A DNA stretch of 64,000 nucleotides from an uncultured Sellimonas sp. (GCA_904393575.1 CAJFMZ010000001.1:1010-65009), one strand, 5' to 3'. Positions 1 through 12,854 are shown, counted from the stretch's first letter. The notes: generated by a model from the sequence alone, not told the origin. Program-made: numbers and translations.

Positions 1-2
1 CT

Positions 3-167
3 GACGTCCCGTACGAAGAATTTACCGCCCTTTGCAACAAATACCAGCCAGTCCGCTTCATCACCGCCGGAAACGTCCATGACTTTGACCGGGATGAGGA
101 GGCTCCGGAGACAGCGCGGTTGCTGGAAGAGACTGTAAAATTTCTGGATACAGTCATAGAATCCTGA
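3..167 (+). CDS. 3' end of an unidentified protein-coding gene (start lies upstream of the window)
   Basis: The frame is open from the window edge to TGA at 165-167 (...FITAGNVHDFDRDEEAPETARLLEETVKFLDTVIES*). A hairpin plus T-run follows. The product cannot be recognised from 54 aa. Confidence 0.35.
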   Translation, partial: DVPYEEFTALCNKYQPVRFITAGNVHDFDRDEEAPETARLLEETVKFLDTVIES

Positions 168-178
168 ACATAAAAAGA

Positions 179-226
179 ATGCCGTGCAGCCCTTTGTTTC
201 AGGGGCCGCACGGCATCTTTTTTTCT
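179..226. terminator. Bidirectional intrinsic terminator between convergent genes
   Basis: atgccgtgc (179-187) pairs with gcacggcat (208-216). A T-run lies at 218-225 and an A-run upstream. Confidence 0.7.
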
Positions 227-234
227 CATTCCGG

Positions 235-1608
235 CTATTTGATTTTCTTTACGAATTCTCCAACGCCTTTTTGTGCTACGATCTTTCCGTCCTCTGCGAC
301 AACCGTTCCTCTGACGATTGTGCATACCGGAAGTCCTTTTCCTTTCATTCCTACAAAAGCAGAGATTTTGTTCACATAAAGCAGGGAATCCGCTGTGATT
401 TCCCATTCTTTTTCCGGATCAATAATGATCAGGTCTGCATCAAATCCTACCTGAATATCTCCTTTTCTGCCATAAATGCCGAATGCTTCCGCCGGTTTCT
501 TTGCCATGGCGTTTGCAAGGACGGTCGGGCAGACATTTCGTTTTACGCAACCTTCATAGAAACTGACCTGAACGCCGCTCTGGATTCCGCTGATACCGCC
601 CCATACGTCGAATACGTTCTCGATCTTTGTTCCAAGAATCTCGTTGTATTTTTCATCATAGGAGCAAGGGGAATGGTCGCTAGCGATACCGCTGAAGGTG
701 CCGTCTTCCACATAACTCCACAGCCGGTCCACTTCTTCCTGAGAGCGAAGCGGCGGTGCACATTTGAACAGCGGACCGTTTTTCAGAACATCCTGATCTG
801 TCATGCTTAAATAATGGGAGCATGTTTCAGCCGTGATGTCGTAGCCCTCCTGCTGTGCCTCTTTGATCTTCTGTGCCACATCCGGGCTGCTGACATGGCA
901 GATGTGAGCCTTACATCCTGTTGCTTTGGCCAGTTCAATAATATCCACTGTTGCCAGCATTTCCGCCGCAACCGGTCTGGAGTCCAGAAATCCCTGCCAG
1001 TCCAGACGTCCTTCTTCTTTCATTCGTTTCTCCAGCCATTTGATCGTGGAGAAGTCTTCGCAGTGGAATCCTGCTCTTCCGCCAAACTCTTTGATGATGT
1101 TCATGGCCTCGTAGGCCTGTCCGTATGTCAGCGGAGAATAATCCGGGGAAACCGGTCCGATGAAGGATTTAAATGCCACACATCCTTTTTCATCAAGGTC
1201 TTTGAGATCCTGGAAGTTGTCCGGAATCAGCCCGCCCCAGAAGCAGTAGTCCACATAGGCGTTCGGATCTACTTTTTCGATCTTCTTTTCCATGATTTCT
1301 CCTGTCGTCATGGCAGGTTCGTTCTGAAGAGGCATATCGATAATCGTTGTATATCCACCGACTGCCGCCGCTGCTGTACCATGTTCATAATCTTCACGCC
1401 ATTCATACCCCGGATCATTCAGATGGGCATGGGTATCGATGGCACCCGGAAATACATAGTTTCCCTTCGCATCCACAGTCTTTGCAGCCTCCGGTTCTTC
1501 ACCCGGCAGCAGGATCGCAGCGATTTTTCCATCCTTCACTGCGACATTTCCCTCATAGACAGCATCCGCAGTTACAATTTTTCCGTTCTTTACCAATAAA
1601 TCATACAT
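235..1608 (-). CDS. allB: Allantoinase-like cyclic amidohydrolase (allantoinase/dihydropyrimidinase/hydantoinase superfamily), paralog 1
   Basis: Metal-ligand motifs are present: DTHAH, AFKSF (carboxylated Lys), FHCE, ICHVSS, SDHSPC, and WGGISGIQ. It is collinear with remembered E. coli AllB. Start was moved to MYDLLVKNG (ATG 1608), which has AAGGAGG 8 nt upstream; the track start at 1629 is a 7-aa extension. Confidence 0.8.
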   Translation of the reverse strand: MYDLLVKNGKIVTADAVYEGNVAVKDGKIAAILLPGEEPEAAKTVDAKGNYVFPGAIDTHAHLNDPGYEWREDYEHGTAAAAVGGYTTIIDMPLQNEPAMTTGEIMEKKIEKVDPNAYVDYCFWGGLIPDNFQDLKDLDEKGCVAFKSFIGPVSPDYSPLTYGQAYEAMNIIKEFGGRAGFHCEDFSTIKWLEKRMKEEGRLDWQGFLDSRPVAAEMLATVDIIELAKATGCKAHICHVSSPDVAQKIKEAQQEGYDITAETCSHYLSMTDQDVLKNGPLFKCAPPLRSQEEVDRLWSYVEDGTFSGIASDHSPCSYDEKYNEILGTKIENVFDVWGGISGIQSGVQVSFYEGCVKRNVCPTVLANAMAKKPAEAFGIYGRKGDIQVGFDADLIIIDPEKEWEITADSLLYVNKISAFVGMKGKGLPVCTIVRGTVVAEDGKIVAQKGVGEFVKKIK

Positions 1609-1643
1609 GTCTGTTTCCTCCTTTTGCATAAGACCATGCTGTA

Positions 1644-2987
1644 TTAATTTGCCGCCTTGTTTTTATTCATCGTTTTATTCAGAATATAGTAGACCAGTCC
1701 CGCCGGCACAAGGCTGATAATCCAGGAAATATCCAGGAAAATAATGCCTACAACCGCTCCTACGACAACGCCGATAATGGCCGCCGGATTGACTCCTCTG
1801 TACGGTCCGTCCGGATCGTAGAAGTTCTTCAGATTGACTTTCTGTTTGTTGTTGATGTAGTATTCCACAACCAGAATCGCGAAGATCGGTCCAAGAACCG
1901 CTCCGGAAACAAGTACGAAGATGTTCAGCCCTGCTGCGGAAGAATCCTTCACCAGTTCCCAAGGGAAGGTCACATAGGCGAGCAGACCGATGATAATGGC
2001 GCATTTCTTTACCGGAAGTTTTGCAAGTTCCGCCAGAACATAGATCGGCGGCAGTGCGTTATTCAGCATATTAACGGTCACAACACCAAATACGATGCCT
2101 AACAGAGTAATCACGGTAATCACTTTATTCGGCATAATATAGGCAAAACCAACGATCGGGTTTGCGATTCCTGTTACGCTGGTAACAAGGAGACCGATGA
2201 TTCCCATAAATACAACCGATGGGACCATGGCAAATCCATATGCAGCGCAGCGGGTTCCGGCCCCGTATCCCGGTTTCAGCTCTCTAACGGAGTCCCCGAT
2301 ATTGACAAGCAGGGCACAGTTGGATCCGATGAAGGCCGTTATCGCTCCCCAGAACGGGAGTCCCCAGGAGCCTTTCTTATTCACTACTTCTGTTACCACA
2401 TCTCCATGCATGCTCAGAATGGTGATCAGGGCATAGATCAGGGCAAGGATGACAACGGCGCCGCCGATGTTGTTGATGATTTTGATTCCCTGGAATCCTT
2501 TTGCCGAAAGCACGATCTGAAGTGCCTGGAACAGAATAAACCATAATACGATATTGTCAAATCCACAGATAATCTTGCTGATTTCATTGATAGCTGATGC
2601 GCCGACCCAGCTCTGGAATCCATACCAGATTACCGCCGGAATGGCACGGCACAGAGATGGCAGCAGTGTGCCTTTATAACCAAATGCTCCCCTCAGCTGT
2701 ACTACATACGGAATTCCTGTCTTATAGCAGAGCTTGTCATTCAGCGCCATGCAGACTGCACAGATCAGTCCGCCCAGAGCGATGGCAATGATTGCCTGCA
2801 TCAGGTTCATTCCTCCTGACACCAGGTTGGACCCCAGAGTCAGGTTGGCAGTGGAGACACTGCCTCCGATCCAAACAAGCCAGTAGGAGAAAGCTCCCAT
2901 GGTCCGTTTTTCTTCCGGCACCGGACCGAGTCCATCTTTCCCGATCTCCACGCCAGTGTTTTCCGCTTCTTTTGTCTGTCCGCTCAT
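1644..2987 (-). CDS. NCS1-family nucleobase/allantoin/hydantoin:cation symporter
   Basis: 447-aa polytopic membrane protein resembling cytosine/allantoin permeases. AGGAGGAAG RBS. It sits between the two amidohydrolase paralogs. Confidence 0.8.
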   Translation of the reverse strand: MSGQTKEAENTGVEIGKDGLGPVPEEKRTMGAFSYWLVWIGGSVSTANLTLGSNLVSGGMNLMQAIIAIALGGLICAVCMALNDKLCYKTGIPYVVQLRGAFGYKGTLLPSLCRAIPAVIWYGFQSWVGASAINEISKIICGFDNIVLWFILFQALQIVLSAKGFQGIKIINNIGGAVVILALIYALITILSMHGDVVTEVVNKKGSWGLPFWGAITAFIGSNCALLVNIGDSVRELKPGYGAGTRCAAYGFAMVPSVVFMGIIGLLVTSVTGIANPIVGFAYIMPNKVITVITLLGIVFGVVTVNMLNNALPPIYVLAELAKLPVKKCAIIIGLLAYVTFPWELVKDSSAAGLNIFVLVSGAVLGPIFAILVVEYYINNKQKVNLKNFYDPDGPYRGVNPAAIIGVVVGAVVGIIFLDISWIISLVPAGLVYYILNKTMNKNKAAN

Positions 2988-3036
2988 TTTCTTCCTCCTG
3001 TCTTATGGTTCTCGCCTTACAAAAGGGAGACATCCT

Positions 3037-4443
3037 TTAGTTTTCTGTCGGTGTCACGTATTTTCCGTAACCGATCGCGTCTTCCTTATACATGCCGTCC
3101 TGTGCGACTACCTTTCCACGGATAATCGTGTAAACCGGTGCGCCCTTGCCTTCCAGTCCGTCAAAACAGGATACATGTCCTTTTGTCAGAAGCTCTTCCT
3201 GTCTGCATTTCCATGCTTTCTCCGGATCCACAATGACGATATCTCCGTCAAATTCAAGTTCAAAGGCACCTTTCTGTCCGTACAGGCCGAATACTTTCGC
3301 CGGATTGTAATCCATCACTTTGGCAATCAGGCTTGGGCTGAGACCTTTTTTGTGTACGACCATATCAAACATCATCGGAAGGAAGAACTGGATGGAGTTC
3401 AGTCCGCCCCATGCCTGCCAGATATCTCTCGTCTCATTGTCCTTTTCCTCATCTGCCGCCGGAGAATGGTCGCTTCCTACACAGGAAAGCGTGCCGTCCA
3501 GAACGTAGTCCCAGAGTTTCTCCATATCTTCCTTCTTTCTCATCGGAGGCGTACATTTTGCCGGGGCGCCTTTTTCAAATACAAAATCTTCGGTAAAGCC
3601 AAGATAATGCGGGCAGGTCTCTGCTGTAACCGGAAGTCCTTCATGGATGGCGTCTTTTACGACCTGTGCAACCATCGGATGGCTGACATGGCAGATATGG
3701 ACACGTCCGCCGGTTGCTCTGGCCATATCGATGATATTTTTCGTAGCCACATACTCGGTCCAGACATCATGCGCATCCAGGAACGCACGGATCTTTTCTT
3801 CTCTTGACAGTCCTTCTTTTGCCTTCGCTTCTTTTTCGCGCTCCAGTACCTGTCCATACTCTTCACAGTGGAAACCGCACAGCGCATTGTATGGTTTCAG
3901 AATTTCCAGTGCCTTTCTGACATTTCCCATATTGACAGTCGGGAACAGATCGCCGTTCGGGCAGGTAAAGCCTTTGAATGCAGCGACGCCGCATTTGTGA
4001 AGATCCACCAGATCATTCATGTTATTTTTGACTGAACCCGGCTGATCATCGTAATCCCCTACAATGCCTCCCCACAGTGCAAAATCTACTGCAGAATGCT
4101 TGCTGATTTTTCCCATTTTCAGATCAAAAATCTCTTTGTTCATCAAAGAAGGATCGTTGTTCAGCGGCATATCGATCAGGCAGGTACATCCTGCGGCCAC
4201 GGCTGCCCTGGATCCGGTCTCAAAATCTTCCCGGTACTCAAATCCAGGTTCATTCAAATGGGCATGACAGTCGATAATTCCCGGAAATACATAATTTCCG
4301 GCTGCATCAATCACTTCTTTTGCCTCTGCTTCGGTTCCTTTTTCCAGAAACGCAGCAAAGACACCATTTTTAACCGCGATATCCGCTTCGTAGATTCTGT
4401 CTGGTGTAACAAGTTTTCCGTTTCTTACAATTAGATCATACAT
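3037..4443 (-). CDS. Allantoinase-like cyclic amidohydrolase, paralog 2
   Basis: Same motif set as paralog 1: DCHAH, AFKGF, FHCE, ICHVSH, SDHSPA, WGGLNSIQ. Same N-terminus (MYDLIVRNGK). AGGAGG RBS. Confidence 0.8.
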   Translation of the reverse strand: MYDLIVRNGKLVTPDRIYEADIAVKNGVFAAFLEKGTEAEAKEVIDAAGNYVFPGIIDCHAHLNEPGFEYREDFETGSRAAVAAGCTCLIDMPLNNDPSLMNKEIFDLKMGKISKHSAVDFALWGGIVGDYDDQPGSVKNNMNDLVDLHKCGVAAFKGFTCPNGDLFPTVNMGNVRKALEILKPYNALCGFHCEEYGQVLEREKEAKAKEGLSREEKIRAFLDAHDVWTEYVATKNIIDMARATGGRVHICHVSHPMVAQVVKDAIHEGLPVTAETCPHYLGFTEDFVFEKGAPAKCTPPMRKKEDMEKLWDYVLDGTLSCVGSDHSPAADEEKDNETRDIWQAWGGLNSIQFFLPMMFDMVVHKKGLSPSLIAKVMDYNPAKVFGLYGQKGAFELEFDGDIVIVDPEKAWKCRQEELLTKGHVSCFDGLEGKGAPVYTIIRGKVVAQDGMYKEDAIGYGKYVTPTEN

Positions 4444-4535
4444 GGTGTGTACCTCCTGTTCTTTTGTTTCCCTGGTATATACTTACTGATTTTAAAGTAT
4501 AAAAAAAATCAACTACTATAACAAGTGTGTGAATT

Positions 4536-4550
4536 GGTGAAAATTTCACC
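4536..4550. promoter_or_regulatory. Perfect 15-bp palindrome in a divergent promoter region (candidate operator)
   Basis: GGTGAAAATTTCACC lies between amidohydrolase 2 (minus strand) and the DUF2877-like gene (plus strand). A 1-nt loop makes an RNA hairpin implausible, so a DNA site is more likely. Confidence 0.4.
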
Positions 4551-4663
4551 CTTTTTTATCTATTATGTATAATTTTTTTTCTGATTTTCGCTTTTTTTGT
4601 GCTTTTTATCCATCCTTTTCTGATGTATAATTCCCTTATCATGATAGAAAGGATCCTCTGTTT

Positions 4664-5533
4664 ATGAATATTCCAATCATTTTTACAGCTTCGTATGCCC
4701 TCTCTCTCCTGCAGAAAACGACATCTTTTCAGGTGCATTCGGTATACCGGAAGACGATCAATCTTTCCAGCGGCTCCACCCTGCTTTCCCTGCAGGCTTC
4801 CGGCTCCCCGGTCTCCCCGCTGAGTCTGGTCACCAGCCTGTCTCAGGCAGAACTGGAGGCGCTCGATGCAAAACCCGGCGCATCTGTTCTGACCGGTCCC
4901 GACTGCCTTGTACTCTCCGGCTCCGGTGCGGAAGCGGTCTTTCTGCTCTCTGACGCACAGATCGTGAATTCCCTTTTGCGTCCCGGACTGCCTGCCAATG
5001 CTTCCTGTCTCATCCGGGAGGTCCTTTCATCGGCTGACACTACCGGATTCCGGGTGTTGTTTTCTGAGTTGGAGGCAGGGCCGGCACCATCTGGCCAGTT
5101 TCTGATCAACGAGGCCGCACGGCGTCTCCTGGATCAGTGCACAGCGTCTATCCGGACAGAGGACTGGGAGACTGCCGCCGGTTTTCTGGCCCGTCTGACC
5201 GGACTTGGTATCGGTCTGACTCCCAGCGGCGATGATTTTCTATGCGGGGTTCTGGCCGGACTGATTCTCTCCGGCATGACCGGTCATCCCTTTTCTACGG
5301 CGCTGAACCGGGCAGTCCGCAGCCATCTGGATCAGACCAACGACATCAGCCGGGCTTTTCTCTCCTGCTCCCTTCTGGGACAGTTCAGCCAGGCTGTCTG
5401 CTCTCTTGCATTCCCCCGGCCTGCCAGTGAAATCCTTGCCTCTTTCCAGGCCATCGGACACTCATCGGGGACGGATACTCTGTGTGGAATCTACTATATT
5501 CTCACTTCTTTTCCAAAAGAGCCAACGGCATAA
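4664..5533 (+). CDS. Hypothetical protein, possibly DUF2877/AllH-like (oxamate carbamoyltransferase subunit family)
   Basis: 289 aa with a GLGIGLTPSGDDFLCG motif. The family assignment is from memory plus the ureide-catabolism context. Weak AAAGGA RBS. Confidence 0.4.
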   Translation: MNIPIIFTASYALSLLQKTTSFQVHSVYRKTINLSSGSTLLSLQASGSPVSPLSLVTSLSQAELEALDAKPGASVLTGPDCLVLSGSGAEAVFLLSDAQIVNSLLRPGLPANASCLIREVLSSADTTGFRVLFSELEAGPAPSGQFLINEAARRLLDQCTASIRTEDWETAAGFLARLTGLGIGLTPSGDDFLCGVLAGLILSGMTGHPFSTALNRAVRSHLDQTNDISRAFLSCSLLGQFSQAVCSLAFPRPASEILASFQAIGHSSGTDTLCGIYYILTSFPKEPTA

Positions 5534-5536
5534 AAA

Positions 5537-5590
5537 AGTGTGTACCGGCTGAATAAATATGAATTTCAGCTGATACACACTTTTACTTTT
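5537..5590. terminator. Bidirectional terminator hairpin
   Basis: agtgtgtaccggctgaa (5537-5553) pairs with ttcagctgatacacact (5565-5581) with 2 mismatches. It is flanked by an A-run and a T-run, between convergent genes. Confidence 0.6.
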
Positions 5591-5623
5591 TATGTACTGC
5601 CTGATCCGGCAAATGCGCATCTA

Positions 5624-6880
5624 TTATTGCTGGCTCTGATAAGAAACCTGTTTCTTATCGTTGTATACGTCATAGTCGAATTCTCCGATCTTGCATGCAA
5701 CCAGCATGGCAACCATAACGTCTACGTCTACGTTCATCAATGTACGGAACATTCCTGCGAACCAGTCGATACCGATCAGGACTGCAATACTGTCCATCGG
5801 AAGTCCAAGAGAGGACGCCAGGAATGTATAAACAATCACAGAACCTCCCGGTACGGAGATCGTTCCAAGGCACATCAGACAGGAGAGCAGGATTGCCATA
5901 CCCATCTGGTATGCGCTCAGTTCAATGCCTGTTGCCTGTGCCATAAAGAAAATCGCTACCACATAGCACTGAGCAGCACCACAGCTGTTCATCGCCATGG
6001 TAATCGGACCTGTGAAATCCGCAACCTTACGGCTGACACCGAACTTCTCCACTTCGTCTTCCATCTTTGTCGGGAGACAGATCGCACCGGATGTCGTTGT
6101 AATTGCCATCATGGACATCTTGGCAAATTTCTTCGGCATCTTAAACAGGTTGACCTTGCAAAGAGCCGCTGTAAGAGGTCCGAATACAAGGAACTGGATT
6201 GCATCGCCCACAAGCAGAATTCCGAGGAATTTTGCCATCGGGATGATAACTGCAAATCCTGTCTTTCCGGCAACATCGGCCAGCAGACAGAAGATACCAA
6301 TCGGCGCTACCTTCATAACGATCTTGATAATGTTTGTAATAACAGCATTCACGCCTACTACCAGGTCTGCAATATTTCTGTTTTTCGTCTGTTTCGTGTA
6401 CTGTCCCATAGCCACACCGAAGAACAGCGCAAACACGATACAAGGCACCATGGATCCTTCCGCCATGGACTGAATGATGTTGGTCGGCACAAATGCAGTG
6501 ATCGTGTCCTGAAGGGATGTGGATACTGCTGTTTCCGTAACTTCCTCCGCACTCGACAGGTCAATGCCAAGTCCTGGTTTTACAAGGATCGCCATCACCG
6601 CACCAAGTGCTGCGGAAAAGATCGTAAATCCGATGATCCATTTGAATGTATGGAAGCCCATTTTTCCTACATCCCGTCCGTCTCCTCCGCCGACAGCGCC
6701 TGCCACGGCAGACATAACCAGAAGCACAACTGACATCTGAATCAGGCGCAGAAAGATATCACCGATAAACTTCAGGTTGGATGCCCACGGTCCTACGATC
6801 GCTCCAAAAACCAGACCGCCGACCGTACCAATCAGGATCTGAGTTGTCAATGAGATTGACAGTTTCTTCTTTTTCTCCAT
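5624..6880 (-). CDS. Dicarboxylate/amino acid:cation symporter (DAACS family)
   Basis: 418-aa polytopic protein with typical GltP/SstT-like segments. GGAAGGAAAG RBS. Confidence 0.8.
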   Translation of the reverse strand: MEKKKKLSISLTTQILIGTVGGLVFGAIVGPWASNLKFIGDIFLRLIQMSVVLLVMSAVAGAVGGGDGRDVGKMGFHTFKWIIGFTIFSAALGAVMAILVKPGLGIDLSSAEEVTETAVSTSLQDTITAFVPTNIIQSMAEGSMVPCIVFALFFGVAMGQYTKQTKNRNIADLVVGVNAVITNIIKIVMKVAPIGIFCLLADVAGKTGFAVIIPMAKFLGILLVGDAIQFLVFGPLTAALCKVNLFKMPKKFAKMSMMAITTTSGAICLPTKMEDEVEKFGVSRKVADFTGPITMAMNSCGAAQCYVVAIFFMAQATGIELSAYQMGMAILLSCLMCLGTISVPGGSVIVYTFLASSLGLPMDSIAVLIGIDWFAGMFRTLMNVDVDVMVAMLVACKIGEFDYDVYNDKKQVSYQSQQ

Positions 6881-7064
6881 CCATCTTTCCTTCCTTTCTC
6901 AAAATTTGGTCTTGGTAAACCATAACCAAAAAAGATATATTCTTATTTTATAGGATCATTCGTCCAGATACAATGTAAAAAAGAAGAGAAAAAATCCTTC
7001 GTTTTTATCCAACTTGTATATTTTTTTTTATTTTTTTCTCTATTTATCGTCTTTTTGCCACATT

Positions 7065-8309
7065 TTATTCTGTCTGTGCTTTTGATGCTGCCTCATAAAC
7101 ATCCATCGCCGCATTGACTGCCTCGCCTGTGGATACCTTGACACCGTTTCTCTTCATGACCGCCTCCAGCGCACCGAGAAGGATCAGAATGTTTCTCTTC
7201 TGGCTGGAGTATCCCATATTTCCGATCCGCAGGATCTTGCCATCCAACGGTCCGAAGGAAGTTGCGATTTCGATTCCGAATTCATTTAACAGCATGCCGC
7301 GGATTGCTTTTCCATCTGCTCCTTCCGGAATGTTGATGGCGGTTACCACCGGCATTTTATGTTCCAGGTCTCCGAAAATAGTCAGTCCCATCGCCTTTAA
7401 TCCTGCTGTCAGCGCCTTGTCGTTCAGTGCATGTCTTGCAAACCGTACTTCCAGTGTCTCATCCACGATGCAGCGAAGTGCTTCGTGTACAGCATACTGC
7501 ATACTTGTCGCCTCTGTATGATGGTTCAGACGGCGCGGGCTCCAGTAATCTTCCAGCTGTCCCAGATCCAGATAATTGCTTGGGATTCCTGCAAGAGTAC
7601 CCGCCACGTCATCTGCGGTACGGATTCCTTTTTCTACCCGTTTTCTCGCCTTGACGATCTGCTCAATCTGCTCATTGTATGTGATCAGCGCAGAACCAGA
7701 CGGTGCGGAAATACACTTCTGCGTTCCGGAGATACAAGCAGAGAGTTTCCAGTCATCCACTTTGACTTCTGTTCCTCCAAGAGTTGCCACAGCGTCCACA
7801 ATGAGAAGCGCTCCATAGCGCTCACAGATCTCACCAATCTCCTCCAACGGCTGCATCATGGACGTAGAAGTTTCTCCGTGGATACATGCTACCGCTTTAT
7901 AACTGTCCTTTTTCAGGGCGTCTTCGATTTCCTGCGGGTCAAATACAGTTCCCCATTCCTTTTCCAGAAGGGTGATGTCCGCACCGCAGCGCTCCAGAAT
8001 CTCTGCCAGCAGATATCCGAAACGTCCGAATGCCGGAATCAGGACTTTGTCTCCAGGGCAGATAGCGCCAGTGAGTACCGTCTCCAGACCACCTCTGGAT
8101 GTCGTATCTACAAGATAAGTCTGACGGTTTTTCGTCTGGAACACATAGCGTTCCATCTCCATGGTCTCATTCATCAAAGCGGTAAATTCCGGGTCAAACT
8201 GTCCCAGAATATGTGCACTCATAGCACGCAGCACTCTCGGATCTGCCTCCACAGGTCCTGGTGTCATCAACATACGTGGTGATGGATTGATTTCCTTAAA
8301 TGTTTTCAT
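7065..8309 (-). CDS. Class-V PLP aminotransferase (alanine/serine-glyoxylate type; PucG-like ureidoglycine-glyoxylate aminotransferase candidate)
   Basis: 414 aa, with the length and layout of the AGXT/PucG family. Sits in a ureide-cluster context. AAGGAGAAAAG RBS. Confidence 0.7.
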   Translation of the reverse strand: MKTFKEINPSPRMLMTPGPVEADPRVLRAMSAHILGQFDPEFTALMNETMEMERYVFQTKNRQTYLVDTTSRGGLETVLTGAICPGDKVLIPAFGRFGYLLAEILERCGADITLLEKEWGTVFDPQEIEDALKKDSYKAVACIHGETSTSMMQPLEEIGEICERYGALLIVDAVATLGGTEVKVDDWKLSACISGTQKCISAPSGSALITYNEQIEQIVKARKRVEKGIRTADDVAGTLAGIPSNYLDLGQLEDYWSPRRLNHHTEATSMQYAVHEALRCIVDETLEVRFARHALNDKALTAGLKAMGLTIFGDLEHKMPVVTAINIPEGADGKAIRGMLLNEFGIEIATSFGPLDGKILRIGNMGYSSQKRNILILLGALEAVMKRNGVKVSTGEAVNAAMDVYEAASKAQTE

Positions 8310-8364
8310 GTCTCTTTTCTCCTTTTCCTACTTTTAATACCCTTTTCCTTTTGATGTGTTTTCC

Positions 8365-9609
8365 TTACGCTGTCCGGAAGTTTTCGGACTGGTAAGAAAG
8401 CACTGCCGCATTGACAGCTTTTTTCATAATGTCGATGGCTTCATCCACATGTTCTTTCTTCAAAATCAGCGGTGGGATCATACGATTGGTACTCTCTCCG
8501 ATGGCTGTGATCAGAAGCCGTCTCTTCATACATTCTGCCTTCACTTCGTGGGCAATCGGAATGTCAAATTCGCATCCTGTCAGAAGTCCTCTTCCTCTGA
8601 CTTCTTTGATATGCGGGAGTTCTTTCATCCGTTTCATAAAGTAATCGCCCATGATTTTGGCATTCTCACTCAGGTTCTGGTCGAGAATCTCAGATACCGC
8701 CGCATACGCAGCTGCACATGCCACCGGATGTCCTCCGTAAGTGGAGCCGTGGGTTCCGGCAGTCATCACCTTTGCAAGCTCTTTTGTCATACAGCAGGCT
8801 CCGATCGGCATTCCGCCGCCCATTGCCTTCGCCATCGTAACTGCATCCGGTTTTACATGGTATCCCATGAATGCCATGATATCTCCTGTCCGTCCCCATC
8901 CGGTCTGTACTTCATCCAGAAGCAGAAGCATGCCTCTCTCATCACAGAGCTTTCTGAGTCCATCCATAAACTCCTGCGTTGCCGGATGCACGCCGCCTTC
9001 ACCCTGTACCGGTTCAATCATAATGGCAATCGTATTCTCCGTGCATTTGCTCTTGAAATCTTCCAGATTGTTGAATTCCGCATAGGAGAATCCTGGAAGC
9101 ATCGGCTTGAATCCCATCTGGCAGCTATTGTCCGGCTGTCCTGTTGCGGAAAGCGCACCGTATGTACGTCCGTGGAATCCATTTTTTGCGGTTACAATAT
9201 GATAGTGTTCCGGTCCGTATGTTTCTGTTCCATATTTTCTTGCCATCTTGATCATACACTCATTGGCCTCGGTTCCGGAATTCTGATAAAAGATTTTGTC
9301 CATGCCGATGGTATCACAGATCTTCTTTGCAAGCAAGGCCTGTGGAATGGTATATGGATAGTTAAATGTATGAATGATATCATCCGTCTGGTCATGAATG
9401 GCCTCTACCACCTTCGGATTTCTGCTTCCTACGCTGTTTACCGCTACTCCGCCGTAAAAATCCAGATACGCATTTCCTTTCTCGTCATACAGATACATTC
9501 CTTCCGCACGCTCCGCGATAAACGGATAACGCTCGTATGTTTCTACCATATATTTGTTGACGATTTTTTTCAGTTTGTCTGCTGTCAGCCCTGCTTCCTT
9601 TAATCTCAT
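8365..9609 (-). CDS. Class-III PLP aminotransferase (ArgD/GabT-like)
   Basis: Motifs LDFYGGVAVNSVG, EPVQGEGGV and DEVQTGWGRTG. Start was moved to MRLKEAG (ATG 9609, GGAAGAGGAG RBS). The 51-aa track extension runs into the intergenic region. Confidence 0.85.
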   Translation of the reverse strand: MRLKEAGLTADKLKKIVNKYMVETYERYPFIAERAEGMYLYDEKGNAYLDFYGGVAVNSVGSRNPKVVEAIHDQTDDIIHTFNYPYTIPQALLAKKICDTIGMDKIFYQNSGTEANECMIKMARKYGTETYGPEHYHIVTAKNGFHGRTYGALSATGQPDNSCQMGFKPMLPGFSYAEFNNLEDFKSKCTENTIAIMIEPVQGEGGVHPATQEFMDGLRKLCDERGMLLLLDEVQTGWGRTGDIMAFMGYHVKPDAVTMAKAMGGGMPIGACCMTKELAKVMTAGTHGSTYGGHPVACAAAYAAVSEILDQNLSENAKIMGDYFMKRMKELPHIKEVRGRGLLTGCEFDIPIAHEVKAECMKRRLLITAIGESTNRMIPPLILKKEHVDEAIDIMKKAVNAAVLSYQSENFRTA

Positions 9610-9672
9610 GCTGCTCCTCTTCCTTTCCTTGATTCTTTTTTGCTTTATCACATTAAAGTTTGCAAACAAAAA

Positions 9673-9705
9673 AATGGTGTCAGACCCTATCGATCTGACA
9701 CCATT
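9673..9705 (-). terminator. Intrinsic terminator downstream of the beta-galactosidase gene
   Basis: 12-bp stem: aatggtgtcaga (9673-9684) pairs with tctgacaccatt (9694-9705). A T-run follows on the minus strand (A-run 9666-9672). Confidence 0.75.
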
Positions 9706-9770
9706 GTCACGCGATATGCATAGTTTACCCCGTTTTTTTGTTCCTGTCAAATATTTTTTCAAATTTTTTC

Positions 9771-12854
<3,084 letters not shown>

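Noticed and set aside
5540-6733. 397-aa plus-strand ORF
   Set aside because: It lies entirely antisense to the well-supported DAACS symporter gene. Its translation is Cys/His/Arg-rich and low in complexity, with no RBS. It is a shadow ORF.
9610-9762. N-terminal extensions offered by the ORF track (here 51 aa; also at 14758-15702, 34089-34739, 34699-36249, 57596-59596, 60583-60942, 62897-63085 and 24539-25462)
   Set aside because: In each case an internal ATG has a proper RBS and matches the family N-terminus. The extensions run through intergenic hairpins or overlap the upstream gene.
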